Source of the DNA: Calditrichia bacterium
GTDB lineage: Bacteria > Calditrichota > Calditrichia > JAJRVZ01
Direction of reading: 5' to 3'
Length of the DNA: 64,000 nt
Assembly: GCA_963777955.1 (NCBI GenBank)
Contig: CAVZSQ010000015.1
Location: forward strand, 128,001-192,000
Shown here: piece after piece, positions 32,463-41,736 of the stretch
Layout: each line of letters starts with the position of its first letter
Numbering within the stretch: the stretch's first letter is position 1
Made by a program: the position numbers and the translations under genes
The notes under the pieces: model-generated
Told to the model about the DNA's origin: nothing
The model's input: only the letters and a program-made list of their open reading frames with translations
Databases searched by the model: none

Positions 32463-33386
32463 ATGCAGATAATTAAAAATCTGGAAACGATCCGGATGAG
32501 CCAGACCACAACGGCTACTATCGGTACCTTCGATGGGGTTCATACGGGTCACCGCAAAATAATTGATGAAGTGATACGTTTAGCCCGTGCTGAAAATCAT
32601 CTTTCGATTATCCTTACGTTCGAACCGCATCCCCGAACGGTAATCGGCCAGAAGTCAAATCAACCACTGACCCTGCTGACCACTTTCGGGGAAAAAATCA
32701 ATATACTGCAGAATACCGGTATCGATCAGTTGATTATCATGCCGTTTACCCGTGAGTTCGCCGGAATGGAATATCAGGATTTCGTAAGAAACATTTTAGT
32801 TGAAAAAGCAAGAGTGGCCTGGATCGTGGTAGGACATGATCACACTTTTGGTAAAAACCGCCGGGGAAACTTTGAGGCATTGCAGCGCTTGAGTCTGCAG
32901 TACCGCTTCCGGGTGAAGGAGGTAGGACCGCAGCAGTACCAGGGTCAGACCGTCAGCAGCAGTCAAATCAGGGATTTACTGCTGGCCGGAGATGTAAGCA
33001 GAGCCGCAGCCATGCTTGGATATCCCTACTCCATGCAGGGGCGGGTTGTAACGGGTGCCGGGCGGGGCCGCAAACTTACTTTTGCCACGGCGAATATCGA
33101 ATTGCCCGATCCGCAGAAACTGATACCGGGCAATGGCGTGTATACGGTGGAATGCCGGATTAAGGATAAACTGTATCGCGGCATGGCCAATATAGGATTC
33201 AGGCCGACTTTCGGCGGAAATACCCGTACGGTTGAGGTGCATGTATTCGATTTTACCGATATAATTTACGGGGAGCAGATAGAGATTTCCTATCTCAAAC
33301 GATTGCGCGGAGAAATTAAGTTTAAAAATGAAACAGAGTTGATACGACAATTACAGCAAGATAAGATCAATAGTATTCAAAATTAA
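32463..33386 (+). CDS. ribF: Riboflavin kinase/FAD synthetase
   Basis: GTFDGVHTGH, TFEPHP, SSSQIR, TANI, GFRPT, EVH. Confidence 0.96.
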   Translation: MQIIKNLETIRMSQTTTATIGTFDGVHTGHRKIIDEVIRLARAENHLSIILTFEPHPRTVIGQKSNQPLTLLTTFGEKINILQNTGIDQLIIMPFTREFAGMEYQDFVRNILVEKARVAWIVVGHDHTFGKNRRGNFEALQRLSLQYRFRVKEVGPQQYQGQTVSSSQIRDLLLAGDVSRAAAMLGYPYSMQGRVVTGAGRGRKLTFATANIELPDPQKLIPGNGVYTVECRIKDKLYRGMANIGFRPTFGGNTRTVEVHVFDFTDIIYGEQIEISYLKRLRGEIKFKNETELIRQLQQDKINSIQN

Positions 33387-33410
33387 TAATATTTATTCAA
33401 GGAGCATATT

Positions 33411-33680
33411 ATGCCAATGACTCAGGAAAAAAAGCAAGAACTGATCAAGAAATTCGGAAAGGACGAAAAAGATTCCGGGAAGACCGAAGTACAGATTGCC
33501 TTGCTTACGGAACGCATTCAGTATTTAACGGAGCATTCAAAAATTAATACGAAGGATAATCATTCCCGCCGTGGTTTACTGCAACTGGTCGGTAAAAGAC
33601 GTCGTCTGCTTGATTACCTGGCCAAGAGAGATATTAACCGCTACCGGGAATTGATTAAAGATCTCGGGATCAGACGGTAG
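33411..33680 (+). CDS. rpsO: 30S ribosomal protein S15
   Basis: [28 protein letters not shown]. Confidence 0.98.
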   Translation: MPMTQEKKQELIKKFGKDEKDSGKTEVQIALLTERIQYLTEHSKINTKDNHSRRGLLQLVGKRRRLLDYLAKRDINRYRELIKDLGIRR

Positions 33681-33694
33681 GGAAAGGGTAAAAA

Positions 33695-35788
33695 ATGATA
33701 GTTACAAAATCCGTTCCAATAGGTAAACAGAACTTAATCATTGAAACCGGCCGTCTGGCGCGTCAGGCCGATGGTGCAGTGACTGTTCGTTACGGGGACA
33801 CGATGGTCCTGGTAACGGTGGTGGCTGAAACTGAAGCCAGGGAACAGGCTGATTTTCTCCCGTTGAGTGTGGAATACCGGGAAAAAACTTATGCTGCCGG
33901 GAAAATACCGGGGGGATTTTTTAAAAGAGAAGGTAGACCTTCCGAAAAAGAAATTCTTTCGGCGCGGTTAATCGACCGTCCGCTGCGCCCGCTGTTTCCG
34001 GAAAATTATCGCTGCGAAACACAAATCATGGCGACTATTATTTCAATGGATAAAGATAATGATGCCGACGTGCTGGCCGCGGTCGGCGCTTCGACAGCAT
34101 TATGTATTTCAGACATTCCTTTCAGCACTCCGATCGCCTCTGTACGGGTCGGAAAACATAACGGTCAATTGATTGTCAATCCCACCCTCAGCGAAGTCGA
34201 GCAATGCACTCTGGAAATTGTGGTTGCCGGCAGTGAAGAATCCATCGTGATGGTGGAAGGGGAGGCCCGCGAGGTCAGCGAAAGTGAACTTCTGGAAGCA
34301 ATTCAATTTGCGCATGGTGAAATTATTAAAATTGTGCAATTACAGAAAGAGTTGGTGCAGCAAGTCGGAAAAGCCAAACGGCCGATTGTCGTTCCGGAAA
34401 TCCCGGCAGGCCTTACGGCACAGGTCGAACAAACAGGCCGGCCCGGAATAAAAGAAGCCATACGCATCCGCGAGAAAAAGGAACGGCGCACGGCGATTAA
34501 CACTTTAACCGCTGAATTAATAAAGGCGACGGAAACAGAATTTCCGGAAAGCGAAATGCTGGTCAGGGACTTATTATATAATATCGAGAAAGAAGAAACC
34601 CGCAGCATGATGCTGGGCGAAGCGATCAGGCTGGACGGCCGCAGGGAGAATGAAATCCGGCCAATCAGTTGTGAAGTCGCCTATTTGCCGCGTGCCCATG
34701 GATCGGCTCTGTTCACCCGTGGTCAGACCCAGTCACTGGGGACTGCTACGCTGGGTACCAAGATGGATGAGCAACTAATCGATGCCCTGGAAGGTGAAAG
34801 TTATAAAGCGTATATGTTGCATTATAATTTTCCTCCTTTTTCCACAGGAGAAGTTAAACCCCTGCGGGGTACCAGCCGTCGTGAGGTCGGACATGGCAAT
34901 TTAGCTGAACGCTCCTTTAAACCCATTTTACCCTCGGAAACGGATTTTCCTTATACCATCCGCATCGTATCGGACATACTGGAATCCAATGGTTCTTCCT
35001 CGATGGCCACCGTTTGTTCTGGTTCGCTGGCCTTGATGGATGCGGGCATACCCGTCCGTACCGCCGTGGCCGGTATTGCCATGGGACTGATCAAGGAAGA
35101 CAATAAGACCATGATCTTATCGGATATTCTGGGCGACGAGGATCATCTCGGAGACATGGATTTTAAAGTTGCCGGCACCGACCAGGGGGTCACAGCCGTG
35201 CAAATGGATATAAAGGTCAAGGGACTCTCGTATGAAATTCTGGCTACTGCGCTGGAACGGGCCAGAGACGGCCGCTTGCATATTTTGCAGATCATGAATC
35301 AGACCTTGGCTGCTCCCCGAAAAGAATTATCACGCCTGGCTCCCCGGATTGAGATCATTCGTCTGCCGATTGATAAGATCGGCATTGTTATCGGTCCCGG
35401 CGGCAAAACCATCAAGAGTATTATTGATCAAACCGGGGTTAAAATTGATATTGAACCCGATGGCAGCACGGTGATCGCTTCCGAGCAGGTGGAAAATCTG
35501 GAACGGGCCAAGAATATGATCATGTTGCTGATCAAAGAACCGGAAATCGGAGAATATTATAAAGGTGTAGTCAGAAGAATAACCGCTTTCGGTGCTTTCG
35601 TGGAAATAGCACCCGGAAAAGAAGGGCTGATCCATATTTCGGAAATGGACATCGGTCGTGTCAATAAGATCACCGATATAGTGAATGTGGGCGATAGTGT
35701 CGAGGTACTGGTCAAAAAGATCGATGCAGAAGGTAAGATCGGCTTAAGCAGAAAAGAGTTTTTATTAAAAAATTCCAAGAAGGATTAG
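33695..35788 (+). CDS. pnp: Polynucleotide phosphorylase
   Basis: GKIPGGFFKREG, FTRGQTQ, RREVGHG, SNGSSSMA, GDMDFKVAG, KH and S1 domains. Confidence 0.98.
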   Translation: MIVTKSVPIGKQNLIIETGRLARQADGAVTVRYGDTMVLVTVVAETEAREQADFLPLSVEYREKTYAAGKIPGGFFKREGRPSEKEILSARLIDRPLRPLFPENYRCETQIMATIISMDKDNDADVLAAVGASTALCISDIPFSTPIASVRVGKHNGQLIVNPTLSEVEQCTLEIVVAGSEESIVMVEGEAREVSESELLEAIQFAHGEIIKIVQLQKELVQQVGKAKRPIVVPEIPAGLTAQVEQTGRPGIKEAIRIREKKERRTAINTLTAELIKATETEFPESEMLVRDLLYNIEKEETRSMMLGEAIRLDGRRENEIRPISCEVAYLPRAHGSALFTRGQTQSLGTATLGTKMDEQLIDALEGESYKAYMLHYNFPPFSTGEVKPLRGTSRREVGHGNLAERSFKPILPSETDFPYTIRIVSDILESNGSSSMATVCSGSLALMDAGIPVRTAVAGIAMGLIKEDNKTMILSDILGDEDHLGDMDFKVAGTDQGVTAVQMDIKVKGLSYEILATALERARDGRLHILQIMNQTLAAPRKELSRLAPRIEIIRLPIDKIGIVIGPGGKTIKSIIDQTGVKIDIEPDGSTVIASEQVENLERAKNMIMLLIKEPEIGEYYKGVVRRITAFGAFVEIAPGKEGLIHISEMDIGRVNKITDIVNVGDSVEVLVKKIDAEGKIGLSRKEFLLKNSKKD

Positions 35789-35809
35789 CAGATTTTCGGC
35801 TGAACCGGC

Positions 35810-37063
35810 GTGAAAACAGTACATAACTATAAACATAATTCTTACCATAAAACCGTTCTGGATAACGGACTGACGATTATCAGCGAAAAGATAGATTCAG
35901 TCCGTTCTGTAACCGTTGGGATCTGGGTTAAAATTGGCAGTCGTTTTGAAAAGGTCAGGGAAAATGGGATTTCCCATTTTCTGGAGCATATGATCTTCAA
36001 AGGAACACCTAAACGGACGCCTTTTAAAATAGCCCGGAGTTTGGAATCATTAGGTGGCACACTTAATGCCTTCACCGGCAAGGAAGTGACCTGTTATTTC
36101 GCCAATACACGGGATCGCGATCTTCGTCAGGTCATTGAAATTCTGAGTGATATTATCTGCCATTCGGTTTTTCCCGAGAAAGAAATCGGGAAAGAACAGA
36201 TGGTTATTCTGGAAGAGATCAAATCGATCAAGGATACACCCGAAGAGTATATTTTTGATATCTTCAGTGAACAGATTTTTCCCGACCAGGCGCTGGGCTG
36301 GCCTGTGATCGGACGTGAAGAAAATATCATTCGCTTTAACCGGGAGGTCACCCTTGATTTCTGGAACAGGCATTATAATCCGAAAGAGATAATCATTTCT
36401 GCAGCAGGGAATTTGGAGCATCAGCATCTGGTTGACCTGATTCAAAAATATTTTACTCTGAACGGCAAAAAAAACAGAAAACTGCATACACCGGCAAAAG
36501 CCGCCAGTTCAAAATGTTTTATTTTTAATCAGCCGGTCAACCAGGCTCATATCTGCCTTGGCGGAAAAAGTTGTTCGTATCTGTCAGCCGACCGCTTAGC
36601 GGTACAGTTTATAAGTATTTATTTAGGCGGCGGGATGAGTTCCTGTTTATTTCAAAAATTGCGCGAGAAAAAAGGATTGGTATATAATGTATACTCATTC
36701 ATTGATTTCTTTTCTGATATCGGGGTCCTGGGAGTCTATGCCGCGGCCGATCCGAAAAAACTGAATACCGTTCAGCAATTGCTGCTTGAAGAAATGAAAT
36801 TGCTGTGTAAAAATTCCATCTCAACCAAAAATATCAAAATGGTTAAAGAACAATTAAAAGGCAGTTTTGTTCTGTCGCTGGAGAGTACCTCCAGCCGGAT
36901 GTCCAAACTGGCCAAAAATGAATTGTATTTTGGAGAATATATTTCCGTTGATACTCTGTTACAGCAGATTGACCGTGTCAGCACTGCAGAGATTGAACAG
37001 GCGATTCAAAAATATGTTTGCCCGTCAAATTTTGTTACAGTCATACTTCAACCGGCCCATTAA
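35810..37063 (+). CDS. M16 family (pitrilysin) zinc protease
   Basis: HFLEHMIFKGT, LNAFT, LGGGMSS, LREKKGLVY; typical position after pnp. Confidence 0.93.
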   Translation: MKTVHNYKHNSYHKTVLDNGLTIISEKIDSVRSVTVGIWVKIGSRFEKVRENGISHFLEHMIFKGTPKRTPFKIARSLESLGGTLNAFTGKEVTCYFANTRDRDLRQVIEILSDIICHSVFPEKEIGKEQMVILEEIKSIKDTPEEYIFDIFSEQIFPDQALGWPVIGREENIIRFNREVTLDFWNRHYNPKEIIISAAGNLEHQHLVDLIQKYFTLNGKKNRKLHTPAKAASSKCFIFNQPVNQAHICLGGKSCSYLSADRLAVQFISIYLGGGMSSCLFQKLREKKGLVYNVYSFIDFFSDIGVLGVYAAADPKKLNTVQQLLLEEMKLLCKNSISTKNIKMVKEQLKGSFVLSLESTSSRMSKLAKNELYFGEYISVDTLLQQIDRVSTAEIEQAIQKYVCPSNFVTVILQPAH

Positions 37064-37077
37064 GCGATCTGATAATT

Positions 37078-38205
37078 ATGAATATCGGCATTTTACGTGG
37101 AATAAAATTTCTGGAACCGCGGGTGGCTTTGATCCCAGCCGATGTCAAAAAATTGGTCGAAGCCGGGCATAATGTTTACGTGGAAAACGGCGCCGGGATC
37201 ATGAGTAATCATGATGACTATGAATATGAGAGTGTCGGCGCAGAAGTATTACCAACATCTGAAAAAGTATATGATGTCGCTAACTTGATTTGCAAAGTGC
37301 AAAATCCCATGTCGGTAGAATTCGAATCACTTGCTGCTGATCATATCTGCATCTCTTTTTTAAATCTGGCCGATAATGTTGATTTATTGAAAGCCCTGTT
37401 AAAAACGAATTCAACCTTTATCGCCAGCGAAATGATCGGCAATCCGGAACGCGGCTTTCCAATTTTCGATGCCATGAATGAAATCGCCGGAAAACTGGCT
37501 ATTATCGAAGCAGGGCAGTACCTGCAGCAAAATTACGGCGGTAAAGGCATCCTGTTGATGGGCACCAATCTGACTAATCCCGCCCACCTGCTTATTTTAG
37601 GTTCGGGAGTAAGTGCTCAATCGGCAGCCAGCTGGGCTTTGCTCAACCAGGCACACGTGATCATGATTGATAGTGATTTTGATAATCTTCGCCAGTTCCA
37701 ACAGAGTCAGAATAATAAGAATTTAACGATTCATGAATATTCACCGGTAATCCTGCGGGAATTATTGCTGGAAGTTGATGTTTTGATCGCTGCTAAAAAT
37801 ACGGCAGGACTTAAATCACCCATTCTGGTAACCCAGGCCGATCTTAAATTGCTAAAGCCGGGCAGCCTGGTTATCGATCTGGCTATCGATCAGGGCGGCT
37901 GCCTGGAAACTTCCCGTCCCACCACTGCGGCCAAACCAGTCTTTATTCAGGATAAAATTTTACATTTTTGCGTCAGCCCGCTATCCGCTGTTGTCCCTCA
38001 TACCTCCAGCGCAGTATACTCGACACTGTTGTTACCTTATGTGAAAGCAATTGCTGACCTGGGCTGCCGGGAAGCAGTAGCGGTCAATTCCGATTTGCGC
38101 AATGGTCTTAACATATACCAGGGCAAACTGGTCAATCCGGTTCTGGCCGATACTTTTCACCTGCAAGGCTATGATATACTCGAATTATTCGAAATGATTA
38201 TTTAG
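37078..38205 (+). CDS. Alanine dehydrogenase-like protein with substituted catalytic residues
   Basis: RVAL, VENGAG, EIAGKLA, GGKGILL, DLAIDQGGC-ETS, GLNIYQG; but KVQNP and FLNLA. Confidence 0.8.
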   Translation: MNIGILRGIKFLEPRVALIPADVKKLVEAGHNVYVENGAGIMSNHDDYEYESVGAEVLPTSEKVYDVANLICKVQNPMSVEFESLAADHICISFLNLADNVDLLKALLKTNSTFIASEMIGNPERGFPIFDAMNEIAGKLAIIEAGQYLQQNYGGKGILLMGTNLTNPAHLLILGSGVSAQSAASWALLNQAHVIMIDSDFDNLRQFQQSQNNKNLTIHEYSPVILRELLLEVDVLIAAKNTAGLKSPILVTQADLKLLKPGSLVIDLAIDQGGCLETSRPTTAAKPVFIQDKILHFCVSPLSAVVPHTSSAVYSTLLLPYVKAIADLGCREAVAVNSDLRNGLNIYQGKLVNPVLADTFHLQGYDILELFEMII

Positions 38206-38206
38206 T

Positions 38207-38984
38207 ATGTTTTCCATCCCCATCCTGACTTACCATAAGATTTCTTATCAAAAAGAATTCGGCCTGACCACCATCAATCCTGATATATTTAAAGTACAAC
38301 TTGAAATATTAAAAAATCAACAGTATCGCTCGAAGATTTTTAAAGATTTAGACGAAAGCAATACCGGGACTGCACTCAATTTGATTCTGACCTTTGATGA
38401 CGGTTACGAATCGGTTTATCAGCATGCATTTCCGCTCATGCAGGAATTGAATTTCAAGGGTGTAATTTTCATAATTACCGATTATATAAGTAAAAAGAAT
38501 GATTGGGAATCATATCCGATTTTGAGAAAATTCACCCACCTGAGCAGTGAGCAAATTGTCGAACTTCACCGGGCTGGTTTCGAAATCGGTTCACATTCCA
38601 GGCGTCATCTATATTTAAGCAATAAACCGGACAGGATTTTAAAGACAGAAATAGAAGATTCGAAGAAACATATTGAAGATCTGACTGGAGCTGTGGTACG
38701 GTCTTTCTGTTACCCCTTTGGCCGTTATAACCAACGGGTGGTGGACTTTGTGCGGGAGGCCGGTTATAAATATGCTCTGGGCAGGACACTATATGATCCG
38801 CAATACGGCAAATGATCCCTGGCATTTGACACGGCGGACCATTTATTCGCTGGATGGGACGAAATCTTTTTTAACCAAGGTCACCGCGGCGAAATCAGCT
38901 CGGGGTAGTTTTATAGCAGAATGGATTATTCAACAGGGTGCTTTGATTAATATCTTCCGACAAAACTTGAATAAATATGATTGA
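38207..38984 (+). CDS. Polysaccharide deacetylase (NodB), frameshift near 38780-38813
   Basis: PILTYHKI, LTFDDGY, EIGSHS, FCYPFG; C-terminus continues in another frame (DPWHLTRRTIY). Confidence 0.85.
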
Positions 38985-39052
38985 ACATATTTTTATTGCA
39001 TCCAGTCTATTAAAATGTATATTTTAAGTTAAACTTTAAATATAAAACTATT

Positions 39053-39400
39053 ATGAAAGATGACAGATTATCCATCGGCAGAGTAAGCCAGATGGTAAAA
39101 TTACCATCGTCGGTTTTACGTTATTGGGAATCGGTTTTTGAACAACTGAAACCGGAGAAGACTCCGGGTGGAACCAGAAAATATACCATGCAGGATGTGC
39201 AGGAAATCATGAAAATAAAGGATCTCCTGTATAATAAAAAATATACTATTGCCGGAGCCAAGGTTGAATTGCAGCATGGACCGCCAGCAAAAATTTCGGG
39301 GGAAGATAATACTCTGCGCGATTACGTGGTCACCGAATTGGAGAACATTATCCATGATCTGGACCATGGGCCTGAACGGCACCGGCAGAAAAAGAAATGA
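39053..39400 (+). CDS. MerR-family transcriptional regulator
   Basis: SIGRVS, SVLRYWE, F-QLKP, GTRKY, LLY-KKYTIAGAK; typical position before tRNA-Pro(GGG). Confidence 0.9.
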   Translation: MKDDRLSIGRVSQMVKLPSSVLRYWESVFEQLKPEKTPGGTRKYTMQDVQEIMKIKDLLYNKKYTIAGAKVELQHGPPAKISGEDNTLRDYVVTELENIIHDLDHGPERHRQKKK

Positions 39401-39470
39401 GGTGTCCGGCCTGCAGGCACTTCCTTGATTTTCTTGTACCTGGCAATTAAATTAAACCAGTTAGTCCGAA

Positions 39471-39544
39471 CGGAGCGTAGCGCAGTCTGGTAGCGCACTT
39501 GAATGGGGTTCAAGGGGTCGCTGGTTCAAATCCAGTCGCTCCGA
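39471..39544 (+). tRNA. tRNA-Pro(GGG)
   Basis: CGGAGCG/CGCTCCG acceptor stem, CTTGA-ATGGGGT-TCAAG anticodon arm, GGTTCAAATCC; CCA not encoded. Confidence 0.96.
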
Positions 39545-39551
39545 CAATGAT

Positions 39552-39578
39552 GGGGATTTACAACAAATCCCCTTTTTT
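39552..39578 (+). terminator. Rho-independent terminator after tRNA-Pro
   Basis: GGGGATTT-ACAAC-AAATCCCC-TTTTTT. Confidence 0.8.
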
Positions 39579-39590
39579 ATAGAACTGAAA

Positions 39591-40304
39591 ATGTTTTCAT
39601 ATCAAGTCTTAATACCAGCATATAACGCTGCCAAAACGTTGCCGGCACTGCTCGGACAATTGGAGGAGTTGCCGCAAAAACCCACCGGCATCCTGGTAAT
39701 TGATGATGGTTCGACGGATTCGACCGGTGCCGTGGCTGCAGGCGGGAATGCACAGGTGCATCGCTTCTCCTGCAATCAGGGTAAAGGAAAAGCGCTGCGG
39801 CAGGGATTTGAAATGCTCAGGGATGATCAGCAGGCAGGATACATCGTCTGCCTGGATGCGGATTTACAACATCCGGTCAGTTCCATACCGGTCATGCTCA
39901 CAGCAGCAGAAAAACTGCAGAGCCGTTTTATGATCGGTGTCAGGCCACGTTCCTCATCCAGCATGCCGCTGTCGCGGCGATTGTCGAATTCTATTACCTC
40001 CAGGGTGATTTCGTTGCTGAGCGGACAAAAAATCATGGATAGTCAATGCGGGTTCCGGCTGGTGGCTAAAAATGTACTCAGGGAAATATCACTCTCTGAA
40101 AATGGTTTTCAATTAGAAAGTGAAATGCTGTTGCGGGTGGCCGCCAGAAAAATCAGAATTGATCAGGTACCCATTCCGACAATTTATAATTCGGCAGGTT
40201 CGCATATTCATCATGTGCAGGATACCATCAGATTTATAGTTTTAATAATTAAAGAAATCGGACACCGTTTAAGATGGAATTTTCAAAGCAAAAAGCAGAT
40301 ATGA
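39591..40304 (+). CDS. GT2 glycosyltransferase (DPM1-like)
   Basis: IPAYN, IDDGSTD, NQGKGKAL, LDADLQH, DSQCGFR. Confidence 0.92.
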   Translation: MFSYQVLIPAYNAAKTLPALLGQLEELPQKPTGILVIDDGSTDSTGAVAAGGNAQVHRFSCNQGKGKALRQGFEMLRDDQQAGYIVCLDADLQHPVSSIPVMLTAAEKLQSRFMIGVRPRSSSSMPLSRRLSNSITSRVISLLSGQKIMDSQCGFRLVAKNVLREISLSENGFQLESEMLLRVAARKIRIDQVPIPTIYNSAGSHIHHVQDTIRFIVLIIKEIGHRLRWNFQSKKQI

Positions 40305-40903
40305 TTGAGCGTTTGATGGCTCAGGGTATAAAAGATCCCCTGGTACTGCGGGCACTCGATACTGTACCCAGGGAAAAATTTGTACCCGTTGCTTTTATGC
40401 ATAAATCTTATGCTGAAGAGGCTTTACCGATCGGTTTCGGGCAAACCATATCGCATCCGTATACGGTCGCCAGAATGACCGAACTGCTGGCGGTAAGCAA
40501 CGGTATGAGAGTTCTGGAGATCGGTACCGGTTCTGGTTATCAGAGTGCAGTTTTGTGCGAACTGGGAGTGCAGTTGTACTCAATCGAAATCAACCGGACC
40601 CTGGCCCAGCGTGCTCAGAAAATTTTACAGCAACAAAAATATTATTGTGCTGCCAGAAGCGGCGATGGTAACCTGGGCTGGCCGGCCATGGCCCCCTTCG
40701 ATGCCATTATTTTTACGGCCGGGGCTGCGGCCATACCGGAACGTATTACGGGCCAATTAAAAGAGCAGGGGAGATTGCTCATTCCCCTGGGGAGCGGGCA
40801 GGAGAAAATACTGACTCTTTATCTGCAGGCCGGAGGAAAACTCGAATCACTGGCCAGAGAAAAATTTATTTTTGTCGAATTAAAGCAGCAGCAATCCGAC
40901 TGA
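40274..40903 (+). CDS. pcm: Protein-L-isoaspartate O-methyltransferase
   Basis: VPREKFV, GQTISHP, VLEIGTGSGYQ, APFDAI. Confidence 0.94.
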   Translation: MEFSKQKADMIERLMAQGIKDPLVLRALDTVPREKFVPVAFMHKSYAEEALPIGFGQTISHPYTVARMTELLAVSNGMRVLEIGTGSGYQSAVLCELGVQLYSIEINRTLAQRAQKILQQQKYYCAARSGDGNLGWPAMAPFDAIIFTAGAAAIPERITGQLKEQGRLLIPLGSGQEKILTLYLQAGGKLESLAREKFIFVELKQQQSD

Positions 40904-40949
40904 AAAATTTATGGACAGGATAGTTTAACGGGTAGAGGAAAGACAGCGT

Positions 40950-41579
40950 ATGGGCATAACGGAGATTTTAATAGAAAAAATTGTCAGTTTTATTGATAGC
41001 ACCGGCTATAGCAGTGTGGCTTTCTTAATGATGCTGGAAAGTATGGTAGCCCCGGTTCCCAGTGAAGCCGTATTGCCTTTTGCCGGATTCCTGGTAGCCA
41101 GCGGCAGATTTACGTTTTGGGGCGTAACACTGGCCAGTACCGGCGGCAGCATAGTAGGATCCTGGTTATCCTATCTGATGGGTTATTATGGCGGGAGACC
41201 GCTGATAAATAAATTCGGGAGATATCTTTTACTTAATCAGCATGATCTGGAGGTAACGGAGCGTTTTTTTAACAAGCACGGATCATGGGCAATCTTTGTG
41301 GCCCGGTTTATACCAGTGATCAGGCATCTGATCTCTATTCCGGCAGGTATCGGCAGGATGAAATGGCTGCCTTTTACGATTTACACAACCATCGGTGCCG
41401 CTCTGTGGAATATGTTTCTTACCTGGCTGGGGTATCATTTACGGAACCACTGGGATCTGATCCAGCGCTACAGTAAACCGATTGATATTATCATGCTGAT
41501 CCTGCTGATCGCAGCCCTGGTCTATTTCATCCGTTCGCACCTGCGCTATAATAGACAAGGGTCAAATTCAGCTGAGTGA
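40950..41579 (+). CDS. dedA: DedA-family membrane protein
   Basis: LES-PVPSEAVLPFAG, ARFIPVIRHLISIPAG. Confidence 0.93.
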   Translation: MGITEILIEKIVSFIDSTGYSSVAFLMMLESMVAPVPSEAVLPFAGFLVASGRFTFWGVTLASTGGSIVGSWLSYLMGYYGGRPLINKFGRYLLLNQHDLEVTERFFNKHGSWAIFVARFIPVIRHLISIPAGIGRMKWLPFTIYTTIGAALWNMFLTWLGYHLRNHWDLIQRYSKPIDIIMLILLIAALVYFIRSHLRYNRQGSNSAE

Positions 41580-41631
41580 ATTGATTTATAGATTTTGATT
41601 CCTTAAATTCTGAAATTTGAATCAACTTTTT

Positions 41632-41707
<76 letters not shown>

Positions 41708-41736
41708 ATTTTTTGCGGATGCAGGAGCAGTTCAGA

